In this document: positions 35,218 to 45,226 of the stretch, piece after piece
How the letters are laid out: each line of letters opens with the position of its first letter
Position numbering within the stretch: the stretch's first letter is position 1
Source of the DNA: a virus
DNA: 64,000 nt
IMG/VR virus record: IMGVR_UViG_3300047443_000115
Coordinates: 1 to 64,000 of that record
Reading direction: 5' to 3' (one strand)
The notes under the pieces: model-generated
The model's database searches: none
The model's input: only the letters and a program-made list of their open reading frames with translations
Told to the model about the DNA's origin: nothing
Program-made: the position numbers and the translations under genes

Positions 35218-35475
35218 GGTGCGGGCCCTCCATTCAGATCGCGTCGAGGACGCCTTCGGTGATGAGGATGGCGCGCTACTCCGCAGTCGACTGATCGTCG
35301 TTGGTCCAGGTGGGGTCGTCGCCCATGGCGGGCGACGTGTGGACGAGGTGGTCGCCTTGGTGGCGGCCGTTGGGGTCGTCGCTCCAGTGGACGCAGCGGA
35401 GTTCGAGCAGCTCTTCGTCGATGGTGACGGTGGTGGTGGCGGGGCAGCGGTTCATGGGCGGGACCTCCTCCGGTC

Positions 35476-37149
35476 TCATACGGCGACCCAGCCCCAGGCG
35501 GACCCGTCGAACATCGCTTCCAGGCGCAGTATCCCGCCGGAGGCCACATTCACGCTGGTGGCTCCGGGCAGCGCCGCCACGGTGATGGTCTGCGCCGTGC
35601 CGGTCGCGACGGCCAGCACGTTGGCGCCCATGTTGTGGAAGACGTACCGCACCGGGTTGAAGTCGGCGGCGGGCAGCGTGGCGGTGAATCCTGCGCTGGT
35701 CGTGTCGCAGATCAGGGTTCGGTCGATCGGGGACGCAGTGAACGCCCCGGTCTTTCGCTTGATGGCCCGGGGCACCTGGCCGTTGCGCAGTTCGATCCCG
35801 CAGGGTCCGGATGTGCTCACCCCTGCCTCGGTGAACAGGCCAGTCAGGACGGCGTATCCCAGGGCGAACTTCACCGCGTTGGCGGAGTTACCGTCGATGT
35901 TCGGGGTGCTGGACTCCGTTGACAGCTGGTCCACGTGGATGGTCGGGCCCACGCCTTCCGACCCGGCACCGATGATGTACAGCTCATGGACGCATGCCTC
36001 CACCGAGGCGGAGATCACCTTCATTGCGTGTACGGAGCCGACGCTGCCGAAGTAGGTGCCCACGGCGCAGATGGCTGCCCAGCAGTACAGCACCATGAGC
36101 CGGAGCATCACCCCGTGCTCAGTGAAGGCGATCGCGTAGGTGTAGCCGCCTCCGCACGAGATGTCCTCGGCGATGGAGTGGTCGTTGTTCCCCGGCGCCG
36201 GCATCAGTGCGCCGAAGCTCAGTCCGGTGCCGAACAGTCCTGGGGAGGTGTAGTCGGTGGACGGGGATGCCACGGTGCCCGCTGTGCCATATCCGACGTG
36301 GGCGACGCGGGCGTTGGCGATCCCGTAGAAGTTGAACGCCCCGTAGGTGAGGCCGAAGGAGGAGTGCGTGGTGAGGATCGCCAGGTTCTCCAGCACGGCC
36401 ATGGTGTTGCTGTAGGCGGCGGCCACGCCGTACCCGCTGCCCTCGTTGGGCCCGCAGATCACGCCGGGGTTCCCGGCTGCGTTGATGCTCGTAATCTGTG
36501 CGGCGGTGGACGCGTACACGCCGAAGCTGATGATGCAGGACCCGGCGAACTGGGGCACCACCTGCTGCCAGTGGCGGACGGCGGCCGCGCCGCTGCTCTG
36601 GCCCCGGAATTCCAGGATGCGCTTCACGCCCGTGGTGGCCTGGGGCCCGAAGACGATCTGCCCGTTGCCGGATTTGCTCGCGTTCAGTGCTCCGGCGACG
36701 ATGAACGGCCGCGGGGGGAAGTAGACCTGCGCGTAGGTGTGGCCGGCGGCCAGGTAGGCCTCGGCGGCGTCGACCGCGGCCTGAATCGCGGCCTGGTCGT
36801 TGGTGCCCCAGATGACGACGGCATTGGACACGGCGCCGGCGGAGGCGTTCACCGCGTTGAGCGTGATCTGCGTGGAGCTCTGCCGGCTCGCGACGGTCGT
36901 GACGAGCGTGGTGACGCCGTTCGCTGCGGCGCCTTTCACCGAGATGGACTTGCCGACGATGTTCGTGGGCCAGTTGGCGGTTGCGCTGGTGAGGACCGCG
37001 ACGCCGGACGACATTGCTCCGTCGCCGACGACTTGGGCGTCACCGACTGCCCCGTATGCCGGGGCGGTGACGTCGAACACCCAGGGCGTGCTCCGGCTGC
37101 CGCTGCTTCCGCCGCCGAGGAAGACCCGCTGCTGGGTCGCGGCCGTCAC
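35476..37149 (-). CDS. Second beta-helix, tailspike-like protein
   Basis: FDVT..AYGAVGD...NDQAAIQAAVD...VYFPP pectin-lyase-like N-terminus; G/A/S/T-rich. Confidence 0.7.
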   Translation of the reverse strand: MTAATQQRVFLGGGSSGSRSTPWVFDVTAPAYGAVGDAQVVGDGAMSSGVAVLTSATANWPTNIVGKSISVKGAAANGVTTLVTTVASRQSSTQITLNAVNASAGAVSNAVVIWGTNDQAAIQAAVDAAEAYLAAGHTYAQVYFPPRPFIVAGALNASKSGNGQIVFGPQATTGVKRILEFRGQSSGAAAVRHWQQVVPQFAGSCIISFGVYASTAAQITSINAAGNPGVICGPNEGSGYGVAAAYSNTMAVLENLAILTTHSSFGLTYGAFNFYGIANARVAHVGYGTAGTVASPSTDYTSPGLFGTGLSFGALMPAPGNNDHSIAEDISCGGGYTYAIAFTEHGVMLRLMVLYCWAAICAVGTYFGSVGSVHAMKVISASVEACVHELYIIGAGSEGVGPTIHVDQLSTESSTPNIDGNSANAVKFALGYAVLTGLFTEAGVSTSGPCGIELRNGQVPRAIKRKTGAFTASPIDRTLICDTTSAGFTATLPAADFNPVRYVFHNMGANVLAVATGTAQTITVAALPGATSVNVASGGILRLEAMFDGSAWGWVAV

Positions 37150-37442
37150 AGCAGGCCCTTGACGGTGTAGGCGGGGGTCCCGGCGCTGATGAGTTTGATG
37201 CTGGTGGGCGAGCCGTAGCCGCTGGCGTTGACGATGAGCGAACTCATGCCCGCGGGGAGGACGTCGCAGCCTGCGCCGCCGACGGTGGGGGTGATGCCGC
37301 TGTCGACGGTGGCGTAGATCTCTGCCGCCCCGTCACGGTTGACGATCTCGACGTAGGTGTAGTCGGCGTCGAAGGTGACCGTGTCGACGGTGGAGGCGGT
37401 GAGGGTCTGGTGCTGGATACGGCTGCCGGTATAGGTCGCCAT
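37146..37442 (-). CDS. Small beta-rich, virion-like protein
   Basis: Coupled to the downstream gene; T/V-rich. Confidence 0.65.
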   Translation of the reverse strand: MATYTGSRIQHQTLTASTVDTVTFDADYTYVEIVNRDGAAEIYATVDSGITPTVGGAGCDVLPAGMSSLIVNASGYGSPTSIKLISAGTPAYTVKGLL

Positions 37443-37492
37443 GCCGGATCACCTCCGTGTGAGGGTTGCGGTCCGGCTGGGGCTGTGGGGCG

Positions 37493-37747
37493 TCAGCCGC
37501 TGGGCGGCCCGGAGACGATGCCGGCGGAGTCGCTCGGGTCCGGGGCGTCGCTCGTGGACGGACTGGGCGCGCTCGGCGACGGGCTTGAAGACCTGCTCGG
37601 GCTGGTGCTGCGGCTGGGGCTGACGGTCGGCCACACTGTGGTCGGCGTCCCGGAAGGTCCCGGCTCGGGGTGCTTGTCACCGCAGCCAGCGAGGCCGCCG
37701 AGGGCGAGCACGGTCACGGCTGCGGCGGTGAGGGCGCGGATGCGCAC
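37493..37747 (-). CDS. Lipoprotein
   Basis: Signal peptide with LAGC lipobox; P/S-rich tail. Confidence 0.65.
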   Translation of the reverse strand: MRIRALTAAAVTVLALGGLAGCGDKHPEPGPSGTPTTVWPTVSPSRSTSPSRSSSPSPSAPSPSTSDAPDPSDSAGIVSGPPSG

Positions 37748-37760
37748 TGGGTCTCCAGGG

Positions 37761-37919
37761 TCAGAGGTGCTGGCCGGCGTGGACCAGGAACGGGAGCACG
37801 AATGCGGCGAGTCCGGCGTAGGCGATGCGGTCGCGGTACGGGACGGCCTGCGGTAGGAGCGTGGCGAGCAGCAGCAGGATGAACGCGAGGAGGTAGCAGA
37901 CGAGTTCGAGCACGGTCAC
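37761..37919 (-). CDS. Small membrane protein
   Basis: Two TM helices. Confidence 0.55.
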   Translation of the reverse strand: MTVLELVCYLLAFILLLLATLLPQAVPYRDRIAYAGLAAFVLPFLVHAGQHL

Positions 37920-38098
37920 TCCCGTTCGGCGACGGTGCGGGCGATGGCGATCCATGAGTCGGCGAGGCGTTCGAGGCGTTCCATCAGCGCGAGGTCGGTG
38001 ATCATCTTGGCGTTCTGGAGGAGTCTCGCCGCATTACCGATGGCGCCGTCGACGGTGACCGGTGCTGTGGTTGCGGCGATGGGCATCTCGTCGTCCAT
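37916..38098 (-). CDS. Hypothetical protein
   Basis: GGAGG RBS, overlap-coupled. Confidence 0.6.
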   Translation of the reverse strand: MDDEMPIAATTAPVTVDGAIGNAARLLQNAKMITDLALMERLERLADSWIAIARTVAERE

Positions 38099-38260
38099 GC
38101 CACCTCCCGCCTAGCGTGGGGGCCCGCTGCCCGGCGGGCGTAGTGATGACCGGGCAGCGGGGTTCCGGCGCGCCCTTGGGGGGATGCGAGCGCCGGGGTT
38201 GTGTCCTCGCGGCCGGGAGCGCCCCGCAAGCGCTCAACCGGACCGCGAGGAGTGCAGGGG

Positions 38261-38500
38261 TTACGCGGCCTGTAAGGCGACGCGTTCGCGGCCCTTGACG
38301 GGCGGCGCGGGGGTTGCGGTGACGACGCGCCCGTCCTCATCGCGCACGGCCGGGTCGATCTCCATGAGGTCGTATCGGGCCTGCTTGCCGTGGCCGTAGA
38401 CGGTGATGCGGCCTTCGGATGCCCAGCGCCAGATGGTGCCGACGGGGCGCCCCGTCCAGTAGGCGACGTCGGAGGCTGTGGCGAGCGCGGTGGAGGGCAT
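38261..38500 (-). CDS. Small MerR-like HTH DNA-binding protein
   Basis: DVAYWTGRPVGTIWRWASEGRI. Confidence 0.75.
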   Translation of the reverse strand: MPSTALATASDVAYWTGRPVGTIWRWASEGRITVYGHGKQARYDLMEIDPAVRDEDGRVVTATPAPPVKGRERVALQAA

Positions 38501-38621
38501 GGTCACCTCCGGGTACGACAAAGGCCACCCAGCGTGGGTGGCCTTAGCGCGGACGAACTGCGATCTAAGCAGATGATCGCTTCGCTCTTGGCCGTTTGTC
38601 AAGTGACTGATGTGCCGGTTG

Positions 38622-39263
38622 TCAAGACCCTGGAGCCCACTCCGCCTTGTAGCCGGGCCAGTCGGCGAACGGCGCGGCGATGAGCCGGAGCGTTGGACAC
38701 GGATACTCGTCGCCGCACTGCGCGCACTCGAAGCCCGCTTGGTCTGGGCGGTCCCAGTCTGGCGCTCGGCGCCGATAGTGGCGCTTGACGATCGCTCGCT
38801 TGGCCTCGACTTCGACGAGAACACGGGAGGGATTGTGCCGGGCGATGTGGGTGGCGGTCGCACGTAGCTGGCGGTTGCTGAGCGCGAATGCCTCGGCCAC
38901 GGTGATGTCGTCCACGGCCAGGACTTCGTCGGCTTCGGCGTTCAGGCGCCACGGGCCAGGGCTTGCCGCCAACGCGGCTTCTTCGTCTTCAAGGAGTCGG
39001 GCGTCAATGAATCGACGGAACGCCATGGTCACCTGCGGGTCGATGGGGTCAGCGAGTGGCGCCCAGTGCTGCTGGCTCGGGCCCGACTCGCCGCCGTCGA
39101 ATGTCAGCACGATCTTCGGGTCGGTGGGCTCGAACACCGGGAGCCGGTTCCATTCCAGGAGTCCGGCATTGAACCCGTCCACCCACGCCTGAACATCGTC
39201 AGGCAAGGGCTTCGTGGACTGATCTGCCCACCGGGCAGACACCTTCGCGCTGGACATTGTCAA
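38622..39263 (-). CDS. DUF6221-like protein
   Basis: HIARHNPSRVLVEVEAKRAI...PCPTLR..A.PFAD.PGY..EW. Confidence 0.75.
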   Translation of the reverse strand: MTMSSAKVSARWADQSTKPLPDDVQAWVDGFNAGLLEWNRLPVFEPTDPKIVLTFDGGESGPSQQHWAPLADPIDPQVTMAFRRFIDARLLEDEEAALAASPGPWRLNAEADEVLAVDDITVAEAFALSNRQLRATATHIARHNPSRVLVEVEAKRAIVKRHYRRRAPDWDRPDQAGFECAQCGDEYPCPTLRLIAAPFADWPGYKAEWAPGS

Positions 39264-39553
39264 CTCTCCTTGCTGGCCATGTAGTCCGGGGGTGACGCGT
39301 CTTCGGGCTGCTTGCGGTGCGGGTGGTCTTCGCCCAGCAGCAGCGCGGCGGCGAGGTCCATGACGCCTCGGTAGTCCGGGTACGTGCGCAGCATCTCAGC
39401 GCCAGCCCGCAGAATGTCCATACGCGCCTCTTCGGCGAGCTGCCGGTTGTCGGCCTTGCAGGCGGCCAGACCTGGCTCGCAGTAGACAGTGGCGCAGTGA
39501 GTGTCGGCACGGCGGATCAGTTGCTCCATTGCGGTCTCGGCCGGGCCGGTCAC
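39260..39553 (-). CDS. Hypothetical protein
   Basis: Overlap-coupled ORF. Confidence 0.55.
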   Translation of the reverse strand: MTGPAETAMEQLIRRADTHCATVYCEPGLAACKADNRQLAEEARMDILRAGAEMLRTYPDYRGVMDLAAALLLGEDHPHRKQPEDASPPDYMASKES

Positions 39554-39882
39554 GCCCCACTCCTCGGGTCCGGGTCCCGCTCGGGCTGACCATTCTCGCC
39601 TCGGTACTCAGCGAGGGCTTCCCGGACGCCGTCCTCGCTGCCGTCGTTGGAGTCCCACCACTCGACGGCCTCCCAGACGTCGGTGAGCCGCTGCATGCGG
39701 ACCTGCGCCCGGGTCTGCCACTGCTGGAGCATGACCAGCAGCTCCTCGGTCTCGGCTGCTGCGTCTTGCGCGTACCCGAGTCCGGCGAGGCGGTCGGCCA
39801 TCTCCCGGAGGGCGCCGCGCTTGCCGTTGATCTCTTCGAGGTCTTCCGCCCAGCACAGGTAGTTGTAGCTGCCGCCGCTCAT
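39550..39882 (-). CDS. Hypothetical protein
   Basis: MSGGSYNYL start common in actinophage proteins. Confidence 0.65.
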   Translation of the reverse strand: MSGGSYNYLCWAEDLEEINGKRGALREMADRLAGLGYAQDAAAETEELLVMLQQWQTRAQVRMQRLTDVWEAVEWWDSNDGSEDGVREALAEYRGENGQPERDPDPRSGA

Positions 39883-40574
39883 GCCGCCATCACCCCCTCG
39901 GCCGCTTCCTGCGCCCGCCGCAACTCCCGCCACGCCCCGAGGTCGGGCCATTCGGTGAGGCACTTCGGGCAGCGGACCTTGTGATTGGCGGTGGTCGCGG
40001 TGAGCTGGGCCGCGCACCGTCCGGAGTCGAACACGACGGGGCACAGGCCGATACGGACCCGCCCCGGCTTCGAGTCCGGTGACAGCGCGCCTGTGCACTC
40101 CGCGTGCAGCCGTCGCACCTCCTCAATGTCCTGCCCGACTTCTTCGTACCGCTCGCACGCCCAGCCGAGGTTGTTGGTCAGAAACTCGATCTGCTTGGGC
40201 AGGGATTGGCCGGCGTTGCCGCGCCACGGGGTGACCGTCCAGCCGAGGGTCTGCCGCCACGCGTCCTCGATGACCTGCAGGCGGGTTGCGACTCCTCCGG
40301 CTGCGGCGAGGTTGAGGACTTCGGCGTTGGCGGGGATCGGCGGGACCCGTGACCCGGTGGGCATGCCGGTGCCGCGCCGGGAGCCGCGCACGAGGGCGGC
40401 AGTGGAGTTCACGCGGGCGAACAGGCCGGGGAGTTCGGCGAGCCGTTTCCCCGTCCGGTCCTGACAGGGCCTGCACGCCCAACGGTTCGTCTCGTCGGCC
40501 CACAGGTCTTTGCTGCAGGCCACGCAGCGCGGCCACTCGTAGCTCTGGTCTTCGGCGGTAGCAAGGTCATGCAC
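39879..40574 (-). CDS. Zn-binding phage protein (possible late regulator)
   Basis: Several CxxC pairs; lies upstream of the late region. Confidence 0.6.
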   Translation of the reverse strand: MHDLATAEDQSYEWPRCVACSKDLWADETNRWACRPCQDRTGKRLAELPGLFARVNSTAALVRGSRRGTGMPTGSRVPPIPANAEVLNLAAAGGVATRLQVIEDAWRQTLGWTVTPWRGNAGQSLPKQIEFLTNNLGWACERYEEVGQDIEEVRRLHAECTGALSPDSKPGRVRIGLCPVVFDSGRCAAQLTATTANHKVRCPKCLTEWPDLGAWRELRRAQEAAEGVMAA

Positions 40575-40605
40575 GGCGGGTCTCCTTGCGGGCGGGGCGG
40601 GCGGC

Positions 40606-40944
40606 TCAGTGGCTGATGTAGATGGTCGCCTTGGTGTGGGCGGCGCAGGCATCACGGAGGCGACGCAGATAGTCGAGGGCGCCGTCGTAGTCACCCCAGC
40701 CGTTGGCGGGGTTCATGGCCTCGCACTTGACCGGGTTGGCTTCCATATCCGCAACGGCGCGGATGAGGTCGTCGACGTAGTCGCCGGCCGTCTCGTCCTT
40801 CAACTCGGCAAGCCGGTAGCCGAGAGCTTCGGCCCACATGCCGGAGACGTTGGCGGTGTAGTTGCCGATGTCGGCAGGGCAGAACTCGTGGGGCTCGGGG
40901 CCGCCCGTATCGACTGTGACGTAGAGGGCGATGTCGTAGCTCAC
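40606..40944 (-). CDS. Hypothetical protein
   Basis: GNYTANVSGMW...NPANGWGDYDGA pattern. Confidence 0.65.
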   Translation of the reverse strand: MSYDIALYVTVDTGGPEPHEFCPADIGNYTANVSGMWAEALGYRLAELKDETAGDYVDDLIRAVADMEANPVKCEAMNPANGWGDYDGALDYLRRLRDACAAHTKATIYISH

Positions 40945-41180
40945 GGGCGGGTTTTCCCTGCGATGGCGTCGTCGATCCGGTCGGCGTAGTCGACGGCGAT
41001 GCCGTAGGGCGAACACCAGGTCCGCATGTCGATGGCGAGAGCCTGGACGCGTTCGACAGCGTCCTGCGCCTTCTGCGTTGCGGTCTCGTTGCTAGCGCAG
41101 ATTTCGGCGATGGTCAGCTCGTCGAAGTTCTCCATGTACCAGCGGGCGCGATCGCTGAGCTCGTCGTAAGGGTTGGCCAC
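40941..41180 (-). CDS. Hypothetical protein
   Basis: GAGGAG RBS, coupled ORF. Confidence 0.6.
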   Translation of the reverse strand: MANPYDELSDRARWYMENFDELTIAEICASNETATQKAQDAVERVQALAIDMRTWCSPYGIAVDYADRIDDAIAGKTRP

Positions 41181-41496
41181 AGGCGGGTGCTCCTCGGGTG
41201 CGGGCGGTACGAGGTGCTCAGTCTCTGACTGTAATCATGCACACCCTGGGTGACATCCGGGCCAACGACTGCGCAGATTGCACAATCTCCCCACCGTGCG
41301 CCGGTTCAGCCCGCCACACTCAACTCCATGGCGGTCGCGTTGTGGGCGTTGGGTGATGACGAGGCGGAGTTGGCCGAGTGGCTGGCTGCTCACGACATGC
41401 TGCCGGTGGGGCAGCCGGTGCACGGGGTCACGGCGCGGGCCCGGCTGATGCAGCGCTGCGAGCCGCGGGGCGTCGAGGCTGAGCCCGAGCACGGCT

Positions 41497-41523
41497 GAGG
41501 CCCCCGCTTTCGGCGGGGGCCTC
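41497..41523. terminator. Terminator at the end of the transfer operon
   Basis: GAGGCCCCCGC...GCGGGGGCCTC perfect stem. Confidence 0.65.
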
Positions 41524-41543
41524 GTGGGGCGGGGTGGCGGTCA

Positions 41544-42002
41544 TCACCCTCGGATGTTGGTCCGGTTGTCGATGCGGACGTTGACGTTGACCTTGCCGGA
41601 TCCTCCCCCGCCGCCCATGCGCATCAGGTAGACGATGGCGAGGCACACGCCGGTGCCGACGATCGCGCCGGTGGCTTCGGCCATGGCGTGGAACATCAGG
41701 CCGGCGCCCCCTCCGACTCCCACCGCGCAGATACCTCCGGCGACGAGGCGCTTGGGCCACGGGTCGGGCTGGAAGGTAGCGGGGATGGCGGGTGGTGAGG
41801 CTGCGGTCTGTGCCGGCGGGTGGGCGTACAGGCCGACGGGCCCGTTCGGTGTGTCCATGAACGCGTCCGGCGCCGGGCCGGGCATGAGGCGCCCGTCGGC
41901 GGTGCGGGGCGGCGACCAGGCGGGGCGGATGAACGGGCCTTCGGCTTCGTCGATGGTGGGCCACCCGGCAGGCGGGGACGGCGTGGGCTGCTGTCGGTAC
42001 AT
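41544..42002 (-). CDS. Spd-like membrane protein (Pro-rich, two TM helices)
   Basis: Architecture resembles Streptomyces plasmid spread proteins. Confidence 0.6.
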   Translation of the reverse strand: MYRQQPTPSPPAGWPTIDEAEGPFIRPAWSPPRTADGRLMPGPAPDAFMDTPNGPVGLYAHPPAQTAASPPAIPATFQPDPWPKRLVAGGICAVGVGGGAGLMFHAMAEATGAIVGTGVCLAIVYLMRMGGGGGSGKVNVNVRIDNRTNIRG

Positions 42003-42022
42003 GGCGGGCTCCTTGGGTGGGG

Positions 42023-44026
42023 TTAGGCGACGGCTTCTGCGGGGGTCTTGGCGGTAGCCCAGCTACCGCGCTTGATGTTCTGGACGAGGCCTTCTTCGGC
42101 AAGGCGAGCGAGCGTGGTGGACGCGGTGGACAGGGGCGCGTCGACGGCGAGAGCGATGGCACCGGTGTAGGCGTATTCGACGGTGTCGAGGTGAGCGAGG
42201 ATCGCCGCCTTGTATGTGGTGCGTGCGGCCTTGGCGGCGGCGGGGGTCTGCGCCGGCATCTTCTGGGGGCTGAAGGTCCTGGCGACGACCTGCTGCGGGG
42301 TTCGGGCGCCGTCCTTGAGGATCGCCGCCCACTTGGCGTAAGACAGTTCAGCGACCGCGCGGTCTTCGGGGCCGAGGTGCCAGGTCTCGCCCTTGGTGGC
42401 CCACCCGAACACGTCATCGATCAGCGAGGTTCGCATCACTGACGGGCGGGCCTGAGGACCGAGCGCGTAGCCGAGACCAGAGGTCGTGGTCTTGTCCGGC
42501 CACAGCCGCGGCAACTTGTTCGGCGAAACGTCGAACGACGACTGGAACGCAACCTGCCCGGACAGACCCGAGCTGGTACGCAGCACGATGACATTGCCCG
42601 ACGCGACCGAGTCCCGCAGCGGACTGGAGTTGCCGAGCTGGGACAGCAGTGGCATCTGCGTGACCAGGCGCAATTTGCAGCCGCACTTGCGGCCCATGAG
42701 TGCAATGTCCTCGGCGGCTTCGACGGCTAGCGGGTGGCAGGAGAACACGTCGTGGGCTTCGTCGATGGTCAGGGAGTACAGCGGGTCCCTGCCGTCAGCG
42801 ACACGGCCGGGCTCGAAGGACCCCTTGCCCTTGCGGGTACGCCCCAGGTGATCGGTCCAGATCATTGAGGCGTACCGCTCGTTGCGGCCCAGCATCACGT
42901 CGCGCATCACCAGCAGTTCGATGACGCCCTCGGTGGCCGAGTCGGCGAAGTGGTCGACGTTGTCCTGCCAGTCGGGCAGGGACTGGCCGCGCTGCGGGTC
43001 GACGACGCGCGACACGATGAGGCCGTCGGCGTGCCGTTCGGTGGCCAGTAGTTCGTCAAGGAGCCGGGACTTGCCGGAGTCGGAGCTTCCGGAGATGAGG
43101 CTATGAACGGCGCCGGAGCCTGGCTTGTAGTGCTGGTACTCGACCGGGATGGCGTCGGCGTAGACGCCGATCATCGAGATCCCCGTCTCGGGGTTGAATG
43201 CGGACGGGCCGGGCCAGTAGTTGAGCTGCTGCAGCGGATTCCGGGGGTACACCGACAGGTGGGCGCGGCGTTCGGAGCCGGTCTCGGTGCGCTCGATCAC
43301 AACCGATGAGAGCGGCACGTCGTAGGCGCCCGCGATCTTCACGGCGGCAGAAATCGCGTCGTCGACCGTGAGTAGGCCCGGGGGGAGGTCGATCAGTGCC
43401 TTCCATGCCCCAGGGACGCCCTCGATGCCCTCAGGTGCGATGAGCGCGGAGTCGGGAAGCCGGCGGCCCGGAGCGGCGATGCTCTCGCGCCAGATCCGCA
43501 CCCACTCGTCTTCGGTTTCCGCCTCCGTCTCGGCGATGGGGCGGATGCGGTGGTGCCACCACCACGGGCCGCCGAGGACGGCGAGGAACCACAGGAAAGT
43601 GAAGCCGGGAACGGGCGGCGCCCACGGGCCCACCAGCGTCATCGTCATCAGCAGCGCTAGAGCGGCACCGGTGTTGACGAGGGCGTAGAACAGCTCGCGG
43701 CGCGACAGGCCACGGCCGTTGCGGGTGCGGCGGCGAATCCACCAGGCCAGCGCGATGGCCGCGGCCACGTCGGCGGTCGCGGCGCTGCGTACACCGCCAG
43801 GCGCCAGGTGCATGGCACCCCCGGCGATGTCGACGAGAGCCGCGGCGTAGGCGGGGGCGAGACGCCGACGGTGCTTGATGCCAAACCGGGCAGCGCGGTG
43901 CAGGCCCTGAACGGTCCGCACGGTGCGCTCCAGCCGGATGCGGCGCGCCCTGAAGGGCACGACGGACACCGGGAGCGTCGGAACCTTACGGACTCCGGTG
44001 AGCAGCTGGGGTGTGGTGTGGTCCAT
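42023..44026 (-). CDS. traB: TraB-like FtsK/SpoIIIE conjugative DNA translocase
   Basis: N-terminal TMs, Walker A HSLISGSSDSGKS, Walker B LTIDEAH, MGRK, C-terminal winged helix. Confidence 0.82.
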   Translation of the reverse strand: MDHTTPQLLTGVRKVPTLPVSVVPFRARRIRLERTVRTVQGLHRAARFGIKHRRRLAPAYAAALVDIAGGAMHLAPGGVRSAATADVAAAIALAWWIRRRTRNGRGLSRRELFYALVNTGAALALLMTMTLVGPWAPPVPGFTFLWFLAVLGGPWWWHHRIRPIAETEAETEDEWVRIWRESIAAPGRRLPDSALIAPEGIEGVPGAWKALIDLPPGLLTVDDAISAAVKIAGAYDVPLSSVVIERTETGSERRAHLSVYPRNPLQQLNYWPGPSAFNPETGISMIGVYADAIPVEYQHYKPGSGAVHSLISGSSDSGKSRLLDELLATERHADGLIVSRVVDPQRGQSLPDWQDNVDHFADSATEGVIELLVMRDVMLGRNERYASMIWTDHLGRTRKGKGSFEPGRVADGRDPLYSLTIDEAHDVFSCHPLAVEAAEDIALMGRKCGCKLRLVTQMPLLSQLGNSSPLRDSVASGNVIVLRTSSGLSGQVAFQSSFDVSPNKLPRLWPDKTTTSGLGYALGPQARPSVMRTSLIDDVFGWATKGETWHLGPEDRAVAELSYAKWAAILKDGARTPQQVVARTFSPQKMPAQTPAAAKAARTTYKAAILAHLDTVEYAYTGAIALAVDAPLSTASTTLARLAEEGLVQNIKRGSWATAKTPAEAVA

Positions 44027-44094
44027 CGGTTCGGGTCTCCTCGCGGTGATTGGCGGCCCGGCCGCAGATGGTGCGGCCGGGCCGGGGCGGGCTG

Positions 44095-45225
44095 CTAGTC
44101 GCCGGTGTAGAAAGCCTTCTCGGCGGCCTGCGGGGTGGAGTCGTGGGCTTCCTTCATCAGGCTGTGCTTGCGGATCACCAGCTCGCGGGCGTGGCCGGCC
44201 TGGCCGCGCAGGAATTCGGCGGCCTGCAGGCGGGTCCGGGCGGCGTCGGAGCGGGACTTGAACGGCTCGATGAGGGAGTTGATGGCGCCGAGGGATTCGC
44301 CGTCCAGGCCGAGGGAGGCGAGGTTCGAGACGAGGCTCTCGATGTTGGCAACTTCGGCTTCGGAGCGCTGCACGTCGGCGGTGGCGTCGTCGATGTTCGC
44401 GGTCGCTTCGACGGCGATTGCTTCGAGTCCAGCAATGACGCCGGTGAAGTTCGCAGCGTCGGCGGTGGTGGTGGTGATAGGCACGGTCAGGGGGGTCCTT
44501 CCGTTTTTGACGGCCGGGATGGCCGTCCTTTTGTGGGATGCGATGTCGAGAACCGGGGCGAGTCCCGGCTCGGTGCTGTCGGGGCTTGGTTTGTCGTCGC
44601 GGGTGGCGGCCGGGCACAGGGGTGTGCCGTCGGCGTGAGAGAACGGGGCTTCCATCGCCGTGGAGCCGGCGCCGGGTACGACTCGGGTGGGCTTCTTCTT
44701 CACGACGGACTTGTTGCACACCGAGCAGGCGAAGTCGGGCGCCGGGTCTTCGCCGACGGTGATGACGGGGATGGCCTTCTTGACGAAGTCCGGCACGTCA
44801 AGGTCGTCTTTCAGGGGCGCTGCGGCGTTCTTGTTGTCGAGGGCGGTGATGACGACCTCGACTGTGGCTGCAGGCGCCGGGGCGTCCTCGACCTTGGGGG
44901 TCTTGGTCGCATCAACCTTGGGGTCGTCGACCGGGCGGCCGAGCTTCTTCGACGTCCAGTCCCACCCGCGGCTCCAACCGGCCTTGGTGCCGCGGCCGAA
45001 ACCGCGGGTTGCCGTCCCCAGACTGCGAGCGGTAACGACACCGACGGCCGCACTGGTGGCGCCGAACCCGATCCCGGCGATCTCGCTGCCGGACCGCTCC
45101 CGCGCTTCTTCCTCCTTTCGGGTCTTCAGTTCCTGGTAGTGGGCATAGGGGGCGATGGCGGCACTCTTGGCGCCTTGGTAGGCGCCGGTGAAGAACGCCA
45201 CGAGGATGATCAGTAGGAGTTCCAT
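44095..45225 (-). CDS. Membrane-anchored coiled-coil transfer-region protein
   Basis: MELLLIILVAFF start; helical C-terminus; upstream of traB. Confidence 0.65.
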   Translation of the reverse strand: MELLLIILVAFFTGAYQGAKSAAIAPYAHYQELKTRKEEEARERSGSEIAGIGFGATSAAVGVVTARSLGTATRGFGRGTKAGWSRGWDWTSKKLGRPVDDPKVDATKTPKVEDAPAPAATVEVVITALDNKNAAAPLKDDLDVPDFVKKAIPVITVGEDPAPDFACSVCNKSVVKKKPTRVVPGAGSTAMEAPFSHADGTPLCPAATRDDKPSPDSTEPGLAPVLDIASHKRTAIPAVKNGRTPLTVPITTTTADAANFTGVIAGLEAIAVEATANIDDATADVQRSEAEVANIESLVSNLASLGLDGESLGAINSLIEPFKSRSDAARTRLQAAEFLRGQAGHARELVIRKHSLMKEAHDSTPQAAEKAFYTGD

Positions 45226-45226
45226 G

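Noticed and set aside
38100-38260. Long hairpin or possible tRNA upstream of the late region
   Set aside because: No cloverleaf, T-loop or CCA end; may be a leader structure but unsupported.
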